From an uncultured Muribaculaceae bacterium (GTDB lineage Bacteria > Pseudomonadota > Alphaproteobacteria > Rs-D84), in NCBI GenBank assembly GCA_965231035.1, contig OZ246409.1, forward strand, positions 1-32,000: DNA of 32,000 nucleotides, written 5' to 3'. The notes beneath the pieces are model-generated. The model worked only from the letters and a program-made list of their open reading frames with translations. It was not told the origin of the DNA and ran no database searches. Made by a program: the position numbers and the translations under genes. The first letter of the stretch is position 1. Every line of letters starts with the position of its first letter. Shown one piece after another: positions 17,923 to 25,933 of this stretch.

Positions 17923-18690
17923 TTAGAAAATTATTTGTCCGCCAAGCCTTGCTGTCTTTGGAATTGGTCCAAAGGAAGAATTACGGCTGACATAAATATT
18001 TCCGGTTATCGTAAAGTCGCCGCAGAATTTCAGCATTTCAACATCGCGCAGGAACAAATTACCATCAATTTCAATGTTGCAAGGCAAAGTATACTGACGC
18101 ATATTTTGCAAATACAAGTTTCCTTGGATACGAACGCCGCATGCCAATTTGTTGTTTGGCTTTATGCTGTCGACGATTACATCACCGTATAAATTATACT
18201 CTTTTTTGGCTGCTTTAACCAGTCTAATTTTTTCGCCGCAACATTTGGATTTCTTGATAAGAGGCAATGTGATTGTCTGAATACTTTTTCTTGTGATCTG
18301 TTGAGAAGTTTTTAATTGAACGCTGCCGTTTTTATCAACGGTAATGTTTTGGGTTGTAACAGTTACAGGAACTTCGTCGGATGCGACCAAAACGTATTCT
18401 TGGTCTTTGTTGCGACATCCCATAAATTCAGAAATCAAAACTGAAAATAAAACGATAATAGTTACCAACAGGGTCAGGTTAACCATGCCGATCAGGTCAA
18501 TAAAACGAACCCAATGCCAGAATTTCTTGCCAGCAGATTTCAGTGCTCGAAATGGCCAAGATACGATTTTTTTGGTTGTTATCCAAAATTGTGAATGTTT
18601 AACAGAGCCGAATTCCTCGGCTTTTTTAGCTTTTGCTTTGCTTTTTTCAACACGACGCGCAGCCAGCTTTAATTTCAATTTTTCAAACAT
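17923..18690 (-). CDS. Single-pass membrane protein with a C-terminal GNL(Y/F) 20-residue repeat region (beta-helix- or LRR-like)
   Basis: Lys-rich N-terminus, TM helix IDLIGMVNLTLLVTIIVLFSVLI, then VRIQGNLYLQN / IEIDGNLFLRD / FTITGNIYVSR spaced 20 aa apart. Confidence 0.65.
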   Translation of the reverse strand: MFEKLKLKLAARRVEKSKAKAKKAEEFGSVKHSQFWITTKKIVSWPFRALKSAGKKFWHWVRFIDLIGMVNLTLLVTIIVLFSVLISEFMGCRNKDQEYVLVASDEVPVTVTTQNITVDKNGSVQLKTSQQITRKSIQTITLPLIKKSKCCGEKIRLVKAAKKEYNLYGDVIVDSIKPNNKLACGVRIQGNLYLQNMRQYTLPCNIEIDGNLFLRDVEMLKFCGDFTITGNIYVSRNSSFGPIPKTARLGGQIIF

Positions 18691-18766
18691 TTATTCACCT
18701 TTTACAGAAATAATAGCCTAAAAATACAATTTGTCAATTAATTTGTCAAAAAAATAATTTGTTAAT

Positions 18767-18793
18767 AAAAACCGCCCAATCGGGCGGTTTTTT
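18767..18793 (-). terminator. tRNA-Gln terminator
   Basis: Stem AACCGCCC/GGGCGGTT (18770-18777/18782-18789), loop AATC, A/T runs on both sides. Confidence 0.8.
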
Positions 18794-18798
18794 AATCT

Positions 18799-18872
18799 TG
18801 GTTGGGGCACACGGATTCGAACCGCGATATACAGAGTCAGAGTCTGTTGTTCTACCGTTAAACTATGCCCCA
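18799..18872 (-). tRNA. tRNA-Gln (anticodon CTG)
   Basis: Manual cloverleaf of 74 nt: acceptor TGGGGCA/TGCCCCA (U1-A72, typical of Gln), anticodon stem ACAGA/TCTGT, loop CTCTGAC, T-loop TTCGAAT, encoded CCA. Confidence 0.9.
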
Positions 18873-18883
18873 ATGCGGTGCGC

Positions 18884-18912
18884 ATTATAAACGCCATATT
18901 CCTATTTTGCAA
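18884..18912 (-). promoter_or_regulatory. tRNA-Gln promoter with a GC-rich discriminator
   Basis: Minus strand TTGCAA (18912-18907), 17-nt spacer, TATAAT (18889-18884), then GCGCACCGCA, then the tRNA 5' end. Confidence 0.7.
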
Positions 18913-19018
18913 TTAAAAAATAGTCCAATTTACAGAGGGTTTTACAAGATTGAATTTCAATTGACAAAATATATATTTTGTTTAACTATTTTATAGAACA
19001 AAACCACAAGGTTCAAAA

Positions 19019-19426
19019 ATGTCGATAATTTTTATTGATTTTAAATTCATTCTTTCACCAATAGCGTGGAGTAAAAAAATTAAGGACAGAAATTTTTCTA
19101 ACGGAGATTTTTGGTTTGATAATAAAGATTGCAAGATTTGTGATTCTATAAATAATGAAAACGTAAAAGCAATTTGTCCATTGGTAAAATTTATTTCGGA
19201 AAATTATAAAAGTTCCAACATAAATGTTGAAAATAATAAAGGTGACGGGGAAGAAGTCCCGCCTTCAAAACATATAAATTTCGCAATTCGTTCTTTTGTG
19301 AAAAAGTTTCAGTGGGTATATCCAAGTGCGACATACGGCAGAACACAAAAAGCCCGAGATGACTGGGCAATGATTTGTTGGAAGTGCAAGAATTCCAGAC
19401 ATATGGATTATTATAAAGAAAAATAA
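19019..19426 (+). CDS. Hypothetical protein with two CxxC pairs (possible zinc ribbon)
   Basis: CKIC...C near the N-terminus and CWKC near the C-terminus; AAGG SD and its own terminator. Confidence 0.55.
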   Translation: MSIIFIDFKFILSPIAWSKKIKDRNFSNGDFWFDNKDCKICDSINNENVKAICPLVKFISENYKSSNINVENNKGDGEEVPPSKHINFAIRSFVKKFQWVYPSATYGRTQKARDDWAMICWKCKNSRHMDYYKEK

Positions 19427-19427
19427 A

Positions 19428-19456
19428 TAAAACGCACCCAATCGGGTGCGTTTTTA
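19428..19456 (+). terminator. Terminator of 19019..19426
   Basis: 9-bp stem AACGCACCC/GGGTGCGTT (19431-19439/19444-19452), loop AATC, T-run. Confidence 0.85.
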
Positions 19457-19460
19457 TTTT

Positions 19461-19548
19461 GTAGAGGAGTACCACGAAGTGGGGAGGTGTGATAAATAAT
19501 ATGTTTTTAACGACTCCCCGCCATTCCGGCACCCCTCTACCATAGGGG
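19461..19548. other. Nested inverted repeats forming a possible structured element between a terminator and the groEL 3' end
   Basis: GTAGAGG (19461-19467) pairs with CCTCTAC (19534-19540). GGGGAG (19481-19486) pairs with CTCCCC (19514-19519). A competing hairpin forms from CCCCT (19532-19536) and AGGGG (19544-19548). Confidence 0.3.
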
Positions 19549-19568
19549 AACCAAGTATATTGCCAGAA

Positions 19569-21185
19569 TTACATCATTCCACCCATGCCACCTGGCATTT
19601 GTGGGGTTGGCTTATCCTCGGGGATTTCGGACATTACACATCCTGTGGTCAGCAGAACACCTGCGGTGCTGCTGGCGGCCAATAATGCTGTCTTGACTAC
19701 TTTTGCCGGATCAATAATTCCAGCCTTCATCATATCAACATATTCCCCGCGCTGAGCGTCGTATCCAAAGTTATAATCTTTAGCTTCCAGAACTTTGCCC
19801 ACAACGATTTCACCCGATACACCTGCGTTATCCGCAATCTGTGCCATCGGTGATGTCAATGTGCGACGAACAATGTCAATTCCAACATTCTGATCGGCAT
19901 TTGCACCACTCAGCTTTTCCAATGCATGAATCGCGCGCAGCAATGCAACACCACCACCCGCAACAATTCCATCAGCCACTGCTGCGCGTGTCGCCGCCAG
20001 TGCGTCATCTACACGGTCTTTCTTTTCTTTTACTTCGACTTCGGTCATGCCGCCAACCTTGATAACTGCGACGCCACCAACCAATTTTGCCAATCTTTCT
20101 GACAATTTTTCACGATCGTATTCAGATGTGGTCTTGGTCAACAATTTGCGAATTTCTTCGGCACGTGATGCAATCGCCTTTTTATCGCCGGCACCGTTTA
20201 CCAACAATGTTGTTTCTTTGCTGACAACCACTTTCTTGGCCGAACCCAAAACCGCCGGAGTTATGTTTTCAAATGTCATTCCCATGTCGTCCGATACAAC
20301 TGTTGCACCAGTTACAATCGCAATGTCACGCAGCATTTCTTTGCGTCTGTCACCAAATCCAGGTGCCTTGACCGCACAAACTTTTAATCCACCACGCAGG
20401 CGGTTCAGAACCAATGTTGCCAGTGCTTCGGATTCGACATCGTCCGCGATAATCAGCAATGGGCGACCAGATTGCGCCACTGGCTCCAAAATAGGCAACA
20501 GTGCTTGCAGTCCTGTGATTTTCTTTTCAGAAACCAAGATTTGCGCACCGTCTAATTCCGCCAGCATCTTTTCGCTGTTTGTTACAAAGTACGGCGACAT
20601 AAAGCCATGATCGAACTGCATACCTTCAGTGATTTCAATTTCTGTTTCCAGACCCTTGGCTTCTTCAACTGTGATAACGCCTTCTTTGCCAACGCGTTCC
20701 ATCGCATTTGCAATTTTTTCACCGATATCAGAATCGCCGTTCGCAGATATTGTCGCAACCTGAGCGATTTCAGAACTATCTTTGACCGGACGAGCATGCT
20801 TTTCAATGTCCGCAACAACCGCACCAACAGCCAAATCAATTCCGCGTTTAACATCCATTGGATTCATTCCGGCGGCGATAACACGGCGACCTTCTTTAAT
20901 CAATTTTTGTGCCAACAGTGTTGCAGTAGTTGTACCATCACCAGCATTGTCTCCAGCCTTTTTTGCAACTTCTTGAATCATTTTTGCACCGATGTTTTCG
21001 GCAGGATCTTTTAAAGATACCTCTTTGGCAACTGTGACACCGTCTTTGGTTGCAATCGGTGCACCGTATGATTTTTCAATGACGACTGTGCGACCCTTGG
21101 GGCCCATGGTAATCTTTACCGCATTGGCAAGCTTGTCAACACCAGCGGCCAATTTATCAGTGTCGAATACAATTTCTTTTGCCAT
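19569..21185 (-). CDS. groEL: Chaperonin GroEL
   Basis: [11 protein letters not shown], full-length similarity to Cpn60, and a C-terminal GGMGGMM tail. Confidence 0.98.
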   Translation of the reverse strand: MAKEIVFDTDKLAAGVDKLANAVKITMGPKGRTVVIEKSYGAPIATKDGVTVAKEVSLKDPAENIGAKMIQEVAKKAGDNAGDGTTTATLLAQKLIKEGRRVIAAGMNPMDVKRGIDLAVGAVVADIEKHARPVKDSSEIAQVATISANGDSDIGEKIANAMERVGKEGVITVEEAKGLETEIEITEGMQFDHGFMSPYFVTNSEKMLAELDGAQILVSEKKITGLQALLPILEPVAQSGRPLLIIADDVESEALATLVLNRLRGGLKVCAVKAPGFGDRRKEMLRDIAIVTGATVVSDDMGMTFENITPAVLGSAKKVVVSKETTLLVNGAGDKKAIASRAEEIRKLLTKTTSEYDREKLSERLAKLVGGVAVIKVGGMTEVEVKEKKDRVDDALAATRAAVADGIVAGGGVALLRAIHALEKLSGANADQNVGIDIVRRTLTSPMAQIADNAGVSGEIVVGKVLEAKDYNFGYDAQRGEYVDMMKAGIIDPAKVVKTALLAASSTAGVLLTTGCVMSEIPEDKPTPQMPGGMGGMM

Positions 21186-21197
21186 TTTAAAACTCCC

Positions 21198-21485
21198 TTA
21201 TTTCAATATTCCCAATATATCTGTTTCTTTGACCAAGACATAGTCTTTGCCATCTATTTTAATTTCGTTCGCAGATGATGCCCATTTTGCAAACAAAACA
21301 ACATCTCCGGTTTTGACTGTCATTGGAATCTTTTCATCACCGTCAAACGCACCGTCACCAACCGCGATAACTTTTGCACGACTGGGTTTTTCTTTGGCTG
21401 TGTCTGGGATGATAATCCCACTGGCGGTTTTATTTTCTTCTTCAATCCGTTCCAGCAGAACATAATTGTGTAAAGGTTTTAGCAT
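21198..21485 (-). CDS. groES: Co-chaperonin GroES
   Basis: 95 aa with LKPLHNYVLLERIEEENKTASGIIIPD (mobile loop), 12 bp upstream of groEL; AAGGAG SD. Confidence 0.97.
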   Translation of the reverse strand: MLKPLHNYVLLERIEEENKTASGIIIPDTAKEKPSRAKVIAVGDGAFDGDEKIPMTVKTGDVVLFAKWASSANEIKIDGKDYVLVKETDILGILK

Positions 21486-21517
21486 AATTCATTCTCCTTT
21501 GTATATTACGCATCAGG

Positions 21518-21546
21518 TATATAATGCAGTAATTTCATATTTCAAG
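21518..21546 (-). promoter_or_regulatory. groESL promoter candidate
   Basis: Minus strand CTTGAAA (21546-21540), then TATATA (21523-21518) after a 16-nt spacer. CTTGAAA also equals the sigma32 -35 consensus. Confidence 0.45.
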
Positions 21547-21604
21547 GCTTGATTTTATAAACGCAGTATACTAGTTTTATAATAAGAATAAAGGGGAAAT
21601 ATTT

Positions 21605-21826
21605 ATGCAAATAAATGTTCGTGTTATTCCGCGTGCCAAGCAAAACAAGGTTACCATCGAAGCTGATGGCGGCCTAAGAATTCATACAACAACTGTACCG
21701 GCTGATGGCAAAGCAAACGAAGCAGTTATAAAACTGCTGAGCGAACATTTTAAAGTTCCAAAATCAAAAATTGAAATTATCCGAGGTTTTACCAGTCGCG
21801 ACAAGGTTGTCATAATTCAAGATTAA
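21605..21826 (+). CDS. DUF167 (YggU-like) protein
   Basis: 73 aa with VRVIPRAKQNKV...VPADGKANEAVIKLLSEHFKVPKSKIEIIRGFTSRDKVV, matching the DUF167 pattern. Confidence 0.85.
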   Translation: MQINVRVIPRAKQNKVTIEADGGLRIHTTTVPADGKANEAVIKLLSEHFKVPKSKIEIIRGFTSRDKVVIIQD

Positions 21827-22348
21827 ATCAATCAAATCTGCGGGCTTTTTAACCACATAAATTTTATAGTCATGCATATCTGCGATAAATCCTTTGCCCT
21901 GCATATGTGTCAGCATACGGCCAAAGATGCTCCAATATTTTTTTGTGTTCAAAAAGAATATAGGTTTTTTTGATTCGCCAACCTGTTGCATGGTCATAAT
22001 ATCTGTCAATTCGTCCAGTGTGCCAACTCCCCCGGGCAGAATGCAAAAAGCATCAGATAAATCAAACATTCTTTGCTTTCTTTCGGTGATACCACTTACG
22101 ATTTCAACATTTACGCCTTTATGAGCAGGCTCTTGTTTTGCCATAATTTGTGGTGTTGATACGCCGATAACTTCGCCTTTGCCCTTTATTGCACCATTTG
22201 CAACGGCACCCATCAAACCAACATTACCGCCACCGAATACTAATTTTATTTTGTTTTTTGCCAGCAACTTTCCCAACTTTGCTGCATCACGAGCATAAGC
22301 AGGTTCAGATCCAAATTGGTGTCCACAATAAACTGCAACTGATTTCAT
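21764..22348 (-). CDS. LOG family (TIGR00730) nucleotide phosphoribohydrolase
   Basis: VAVYCG...FGGGNVGLMG and PGGVGTLDEL motifs. ATG 22348 has AAGGA 7 nt upstream. Confidence 0.88.
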   Translation of the reverse strand: MKSVAVYCGHQFGSEPAYARDAAKLGKLLAKNKIKLVFGGGNVGLMGAVANGAIKGKGEVIGVSTPQIMAKQEPAHKGVNVEIVSGITERKQRMFDLSDAFCILPGGVGTLDELTDIMTMQQVGESKKPIFFLNTKKYWSIFGRMLTHMQGKGFIADMHDYKIYVVKKPADLIDLILNYDNLVATGKTSDNFNF

Positions 22349-22394
22349 AAAAATTCCTTTATTTTTCTGAATTATAGCATAAAATGACAAAGCT

Positions 22395-23351
22395 ATGAAT
22401 AAGAATTTCACGGATTTTATGCAGAAATATAAAAACCAGCGGATTGCCGTGGCTGTCAGTGGTGGGGTGGATTCTGTTTGCCTGCTGCATTGGTTGCATG
22501 AATCAGGGCAAAATATTGTGGCGTTGCATGTTAATCATGGATTGCGTGCCGTTGCAGATACAGAAACAAAGTATGTTTCAGAATTGTGTAAGATGTTGAG
22601 TGTGGATTGCGAAGTTTTTTATTGGAATGGCAAAAAGCCTGAATCAGGATTAGAATCTGCTGCACGCGATGCCAGATATTCTATGATGATTGATTATTGT
22701 CGTAAAAATAAAATTGAATTCTTGGCAGTGGCTCATCAGGCAGATGATCAAATTGAAACTTTCTTGATGAATTTGGGTCGGGGCAGTGGGGTTTACGGTT
22801 TGGCTGCTATGCGTCCTGAATCAGAACGCGATGGGGTAAAAATTATTCGCCCACTGTTAAAGGTATTTCGTTCTGAACTGGAAGAATATTGCAACAAAAA
22901 CAAAATCAAATATTTTATTGATGAAATGAACGCGGATGAAAAATATACTCGTGTTAAAATCAGAAAAAATCGCCATGTCTTAGATTCAAAACTGGGGATT
23001 TCTGACGACAGAATTTTATTGGCTATTGAAAATTTATCGCGTACACGCGATGCTTTGGATTCTAATGTTTCAAATTTGGTTTCAATTGCGATGATGGATG
23101 ATTACGCCAGATTTGATGAATCTTTTTTATTTGACGAGCCAAACGAAATTAGACTAAAGTTGCTGGGGCTTTTGATTCAAAAAGTAGTGGGAAGTAGTTA
23201 TCAGCCGCGCTTGAATTCTTTGGAAAAAGCACTAGATAGATTAAGCGGTGATTGTAAAATCACACTTGGTGGTTGTGTTATCAGAAGGTTGGGTTCAGAA
23301 ATTCTGATTGTTCCCGAAGGTACCAGTTCAAGTTTTAATAAAAGAAAATAG
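22395..23351 (+). CDS. tilS: tRNA(Ile)-lysidine synthetase TilS
   Basis: PP-loop IAVAVSGGVDS, HVNHGLR, and HQADDQIETFLMNLGRGSG. Confidence 0.92.
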   Translation: MNKNFTDFMQKYKNQRIAVAVSGGVDSVCLLHWLHESGQNIVALHVNHGLRAVADTETKYVSELCKMLSVDCEVFYWNGKKPESGLESAARDARYSMMIDYCRKNKIEFLAVAHQADDQIETFLMNLGRGSGVYGLAAMRPESERDGVKIIRPLLKVFRSELEEYCNKNKIKYFIDEMNADEKYTRVKIRKNRHVLDSKLGISDDRILLAIENLSRTRDALDSNVSNLVSIAMMDDYARFDESFLFDEPNEIRLKLLGLLIQKVVGSSYQPRLNSLEKALDRLSGDCKITLGGCVIRRLGSEILIVPEGTSSSFNKRK

Positions 23352-23368
23352 ATAAACAGGAAGTAGAA

Positions 23369-25258
23369 ATGGAAAATCAAAATAAAAAAAGATTCTTTGG
23401 TCGTGACGGTTCAGTTATATTTTTAATAATTTTTATATTGTTATTTGCAGGCTTTGCCAGTCGTATTTTTATGCGTGATTCCAGTATGGTATTTTCACCA
23501 AACGGTCCACAAATTGTTACAAAATCAAAACCAGTTGAACTTTCTTTTTCTGATATACTACGCAGACAGAAAGATATTAAAACAATGGTAATTCGTGAAA
23601 GTACTGCGACAGGTGTTTTGAATGATGGAACAAAATATAATGCAACAATCGCTTATGATCCAGAATTACTGACAAAATTGTCCAGTGCTGGGGCTTCTGT
23701 CACTATTGATAAATCAAAGACCTGGGTTGATTATTTGGGAACATGGGTTCCAATTCTGATGGGATTGTTATTTATCTGGTGGATATTCCGTGGAATCAAG
23801 GGTTCAGGCAGCAGTGGTGGAATTGGTCGTGCATTAATTGGTCAAAACCCAACAAAAATTACAGTTGGAAAAACCAAGACCACATTTGCAGATGTTGCGG
23901 GCATTGATGCTGAAAAACAAGAATTGATGGAAGTTGTAAACTTTCTGAAAAACAAAGATAAATTCAAAGAACTGGGTGCCCGTGTACCACGTGGAATTTT
24001 ATTGTCCGGTGAACCTGGAACTGGAAAAACATTACTGGCGCGCGCAATCGCAGGCGAAGCCGGTGTACCATTCTTTGCCGCATCAGGCAGTGATTTTTCT
24101 GGAATTATTGTTGGATTGGGCGTTGCAAAAATCAAAGAAATTTTTGAAATGGCAAAACGCCATACTCCATGCATTTTGTTCATCGATGAAATTGATGCAA
24201 TCGGTCAAAAACGCAGCCAGCATTCATTTAATGACCAAGATCGTGAACAGACATTGAATCAATTGCTGATTGAAATGGATGGATTTTCAAACGATACAGG
24301 CGTAATTGTAATTGGTGCAACAAACCGTCCGGATATGCTGGATCATGCTTTGCTGCGTCCAGGAAGATTTGATCGCCAGGTTTATATTGAATTACCAGAT
24401 TTGACAGGCAGACGCGCGATTTTGGATTTGTATGCCAAGAAAGTAAAAATTTCTTCAAAAGTAAATATCCAAGACATTGCTCGTGGAACAACTGGATTTT
24501 CAGGTGCTGATTTGGAAAATTTATTGAACGAAGCAGCATTGCATGCAGTTCGCAGCAATCATAAAGAAATTGAACAATCAGATGTCGAAGAAGCCCGCGA
24601 TAAAATTATGATGGGCCCAAAAAAGGCAAAAAAAATGCGTGCCGAAGATATTAAATTGACTGCTTACCACGAAGCTGGTCACGCATTCGTCAGCATAATG
24701 TATCGTGATATTACTGATCCAATACACAAGGCAACTATTATTCCGCGTGGGCGTGCGTTGGGTATGGTTCAGCATTTGCCAATTGACGACAAAGTTTCTA
24801 TGACTGTAAAGGAATTGCGTTCGACATTATCTGTTTATATGGCGGGACGTGCAGCTGAAGAAATTTTCTTTGGACATGATAAAATTACAACTGGTGCCGA
24901 GGCTGATATTGCAGCCGCAACCCGTATGACCAGATATGCAATTACGGTTGCTGGGTTGTCTGAAAAAATCGGTTTGCCTGCTATTAACCAGGTTATGCAT
25001 GTTGGAAGTAAATATGCATTGGAAAATGCGTCTGAAAAAACAGCCGAAGCAGTTGATGTCGAAGTTAAAGCATGGATGACATTCGCGTACAAAGATGCCG
25101 CAGGATTGATTTCTAAAAATAAAGAAACTGTAAAACGCTTGGCTGAAGAATTGCTGAAACGCGAAACTTTGACTGGTGAAGAAATTACAGAAATTGTTTT
25201 GGGTAAAAAAGTAAAAACTGTAAAAGCTGAAACCAAATCCAAAAAAACAAAAAAATAA
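23369..25258 (+). CDS. ftsH: ATP-dependent zinc metalloprotease FtsH
   Basis: Two N-terminal TM helices, Walker A GEPGTGKT, Walker B ILFIDEID, SRH region, zinc motif HEAGHA. Confidence 0.98.
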   Translation: MENQNKKRFFGRDGSVIFLIIFILLFAGFASRIFMRDSSMVFSPNGPQIVTKSKPVELSFSDILRRQKDIKTMVIRESTATGVLNDGTKYNATIAYDPELLTKLSSAGASVTIDKSKTWVDYLGTWVPILMGLLFIWWIFRGIKGSGSSGGIGRALIGQNPTKITVGKTKTTFADVAGIDAEKQELMEVVNFLKNKDKFKELGARVPRGILLSGEPGTGKTLLARAIAGEAGVPFFAASGSDFSGIIVGLGVAKIKEIFEMAKRHTPCILFIDEIDAIGQKRSQHSFNDQDREQTLNQLLIEMDGFSNDTGVIVIGATNRPDMLDHALLRPGRFDRQVYIELPDLTGRRAILDLYAKKVKISSKVNIQDIARGTTGFSGADLENLLNEAALHAVRSNHKEIEQSDVEEARDKIMMGPKKAKKMRAEDIKLTAYHEAGHAFVSIMYRDITDPIHKATIIPRGRALGMVQHLPIDDKVSMTVKELRSTLSVYMAGRAAEEIFFGHDKITTGAEADIAAATRMTRYAITVAGLSEKIGLPAINQVMHVGSKYALENASEKTAEAVDVEVKAWMTFAYKDAAGLISKNKETVKRLAEELLKRETLTGEEITEIVLGKKVKTVKAETKSKKTKK

Positions 25259-25259
25259 A

Positions 25260-25892
25260 TTGCAGGGTAAATTTGAACTTTTAACAATGCCACCAATAAA
25301 TACTAATTCAGTATTATTATCGGTCGGCAGCGATTGTGTTGTTTTTGATGCTTGGGGACGGGCAAGTGATTGGAAAGAATTGCTAAAAAAACGTAAACTG
25401 AATCTGTGTGCGATTTATTCAACACATGGGCACAGCGACCATATTTCTGCCGCACCTGAATTAGCCGAACAGCTTGATATTCCTTGGTATATGAGCCACT
25501 TTGATATTACATTAATTGAATGGGGAAATCCATTGTTGGAATATTTTGAAATTCCAAAAATCAAATCTGATTATAAACAGCCCTTGGATTTACCTGCGGG
25601 TATATATGATATTTTGGGATTGTCAGCCATGGTAATTGATTTACCTGGTCATTCACGTGGTGGTGTTGGATTTTATTTCGAATCAGAAAAGATATTGATT
25701 GTTGGTGATACTATTTTTGCAGACTCGATTGGTCGGTATGATTTGCCAGGTGCAAATTTATCAGAATTAAAAAATTCGATTTCAAAAATTTATGATATGA
25801 ATTTATCGGATGACACGGTTGTTGTGTCCGGTCATGGCACACACACAACTATTGGTGATTTGAAAAAACAGAATCCGTATTTTAAAAAATAA
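25260..25892 (+). CDS. MBL-fold metallo-hydrolase
   Basis: THGHSDH (HxHxDH), LPGHSRG, and SGHG near the C-terminus. The start is TTG 25260 or ATG 25287. Confidence 0.85.
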   Translation: MQGKFELLTMPPINTNSVLLSVGSDCVVFDAWGRASDWKELLKKRKLNLCAIYSTHGHSDHISAAPELAEQLDIPWYMSHFDITLIEWGNPLLEYFEIPKIKSDYKQPLDLPAGIYDILGLSAMVIDLPGHSRGGVGFYFESEKILIVGDTIFADSIGRYDLPGANLSELKNSISKIYDMNLSDDTVVVSGHGTHTTIGDLKKQNPYFKK

Positions 25893-25915
25893 CGCGCTTG
25901 CCGCGCGTTATTTTT
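25890..25915. terminator. Terminator between the MBL hydrolase gene and the convergent Cys-rich protein gene
   Basis: Stem AACGCGC/GCGCGTT (25891-25897/25903-25909), 5-nt loop, T5. Confidence 0.75.
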
Positions 25916-25933
25916 AACTATGTTATTTATGTT

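Noticed and set aside
18721-19018. Genomic-island signature at tRNA-Gln (and likewise at tRNA-Asn)
   Set aside because: No integrase was found, no duplicated tRNA 3' end, and no flanking direct repeats. Only orphan genes are nearby.
20047-21014. Several long plus-strand ORFs (20047-20610, 20607-21014, 20782-20976, 20992-21243)
   Set aside because: They are antisense to groEL/groES. They have low-complexity composition, no SD and no motifs, which is typical of shadow ORFs in a highly expressed, more GC-rich gene.
23842-25296. Minus-strand ORFs within ftsH (23842-24183, 24228-24539, 24835-25296)
   Set aside because: They are antisense shadows of ftsH. No start signals or motifs were found.
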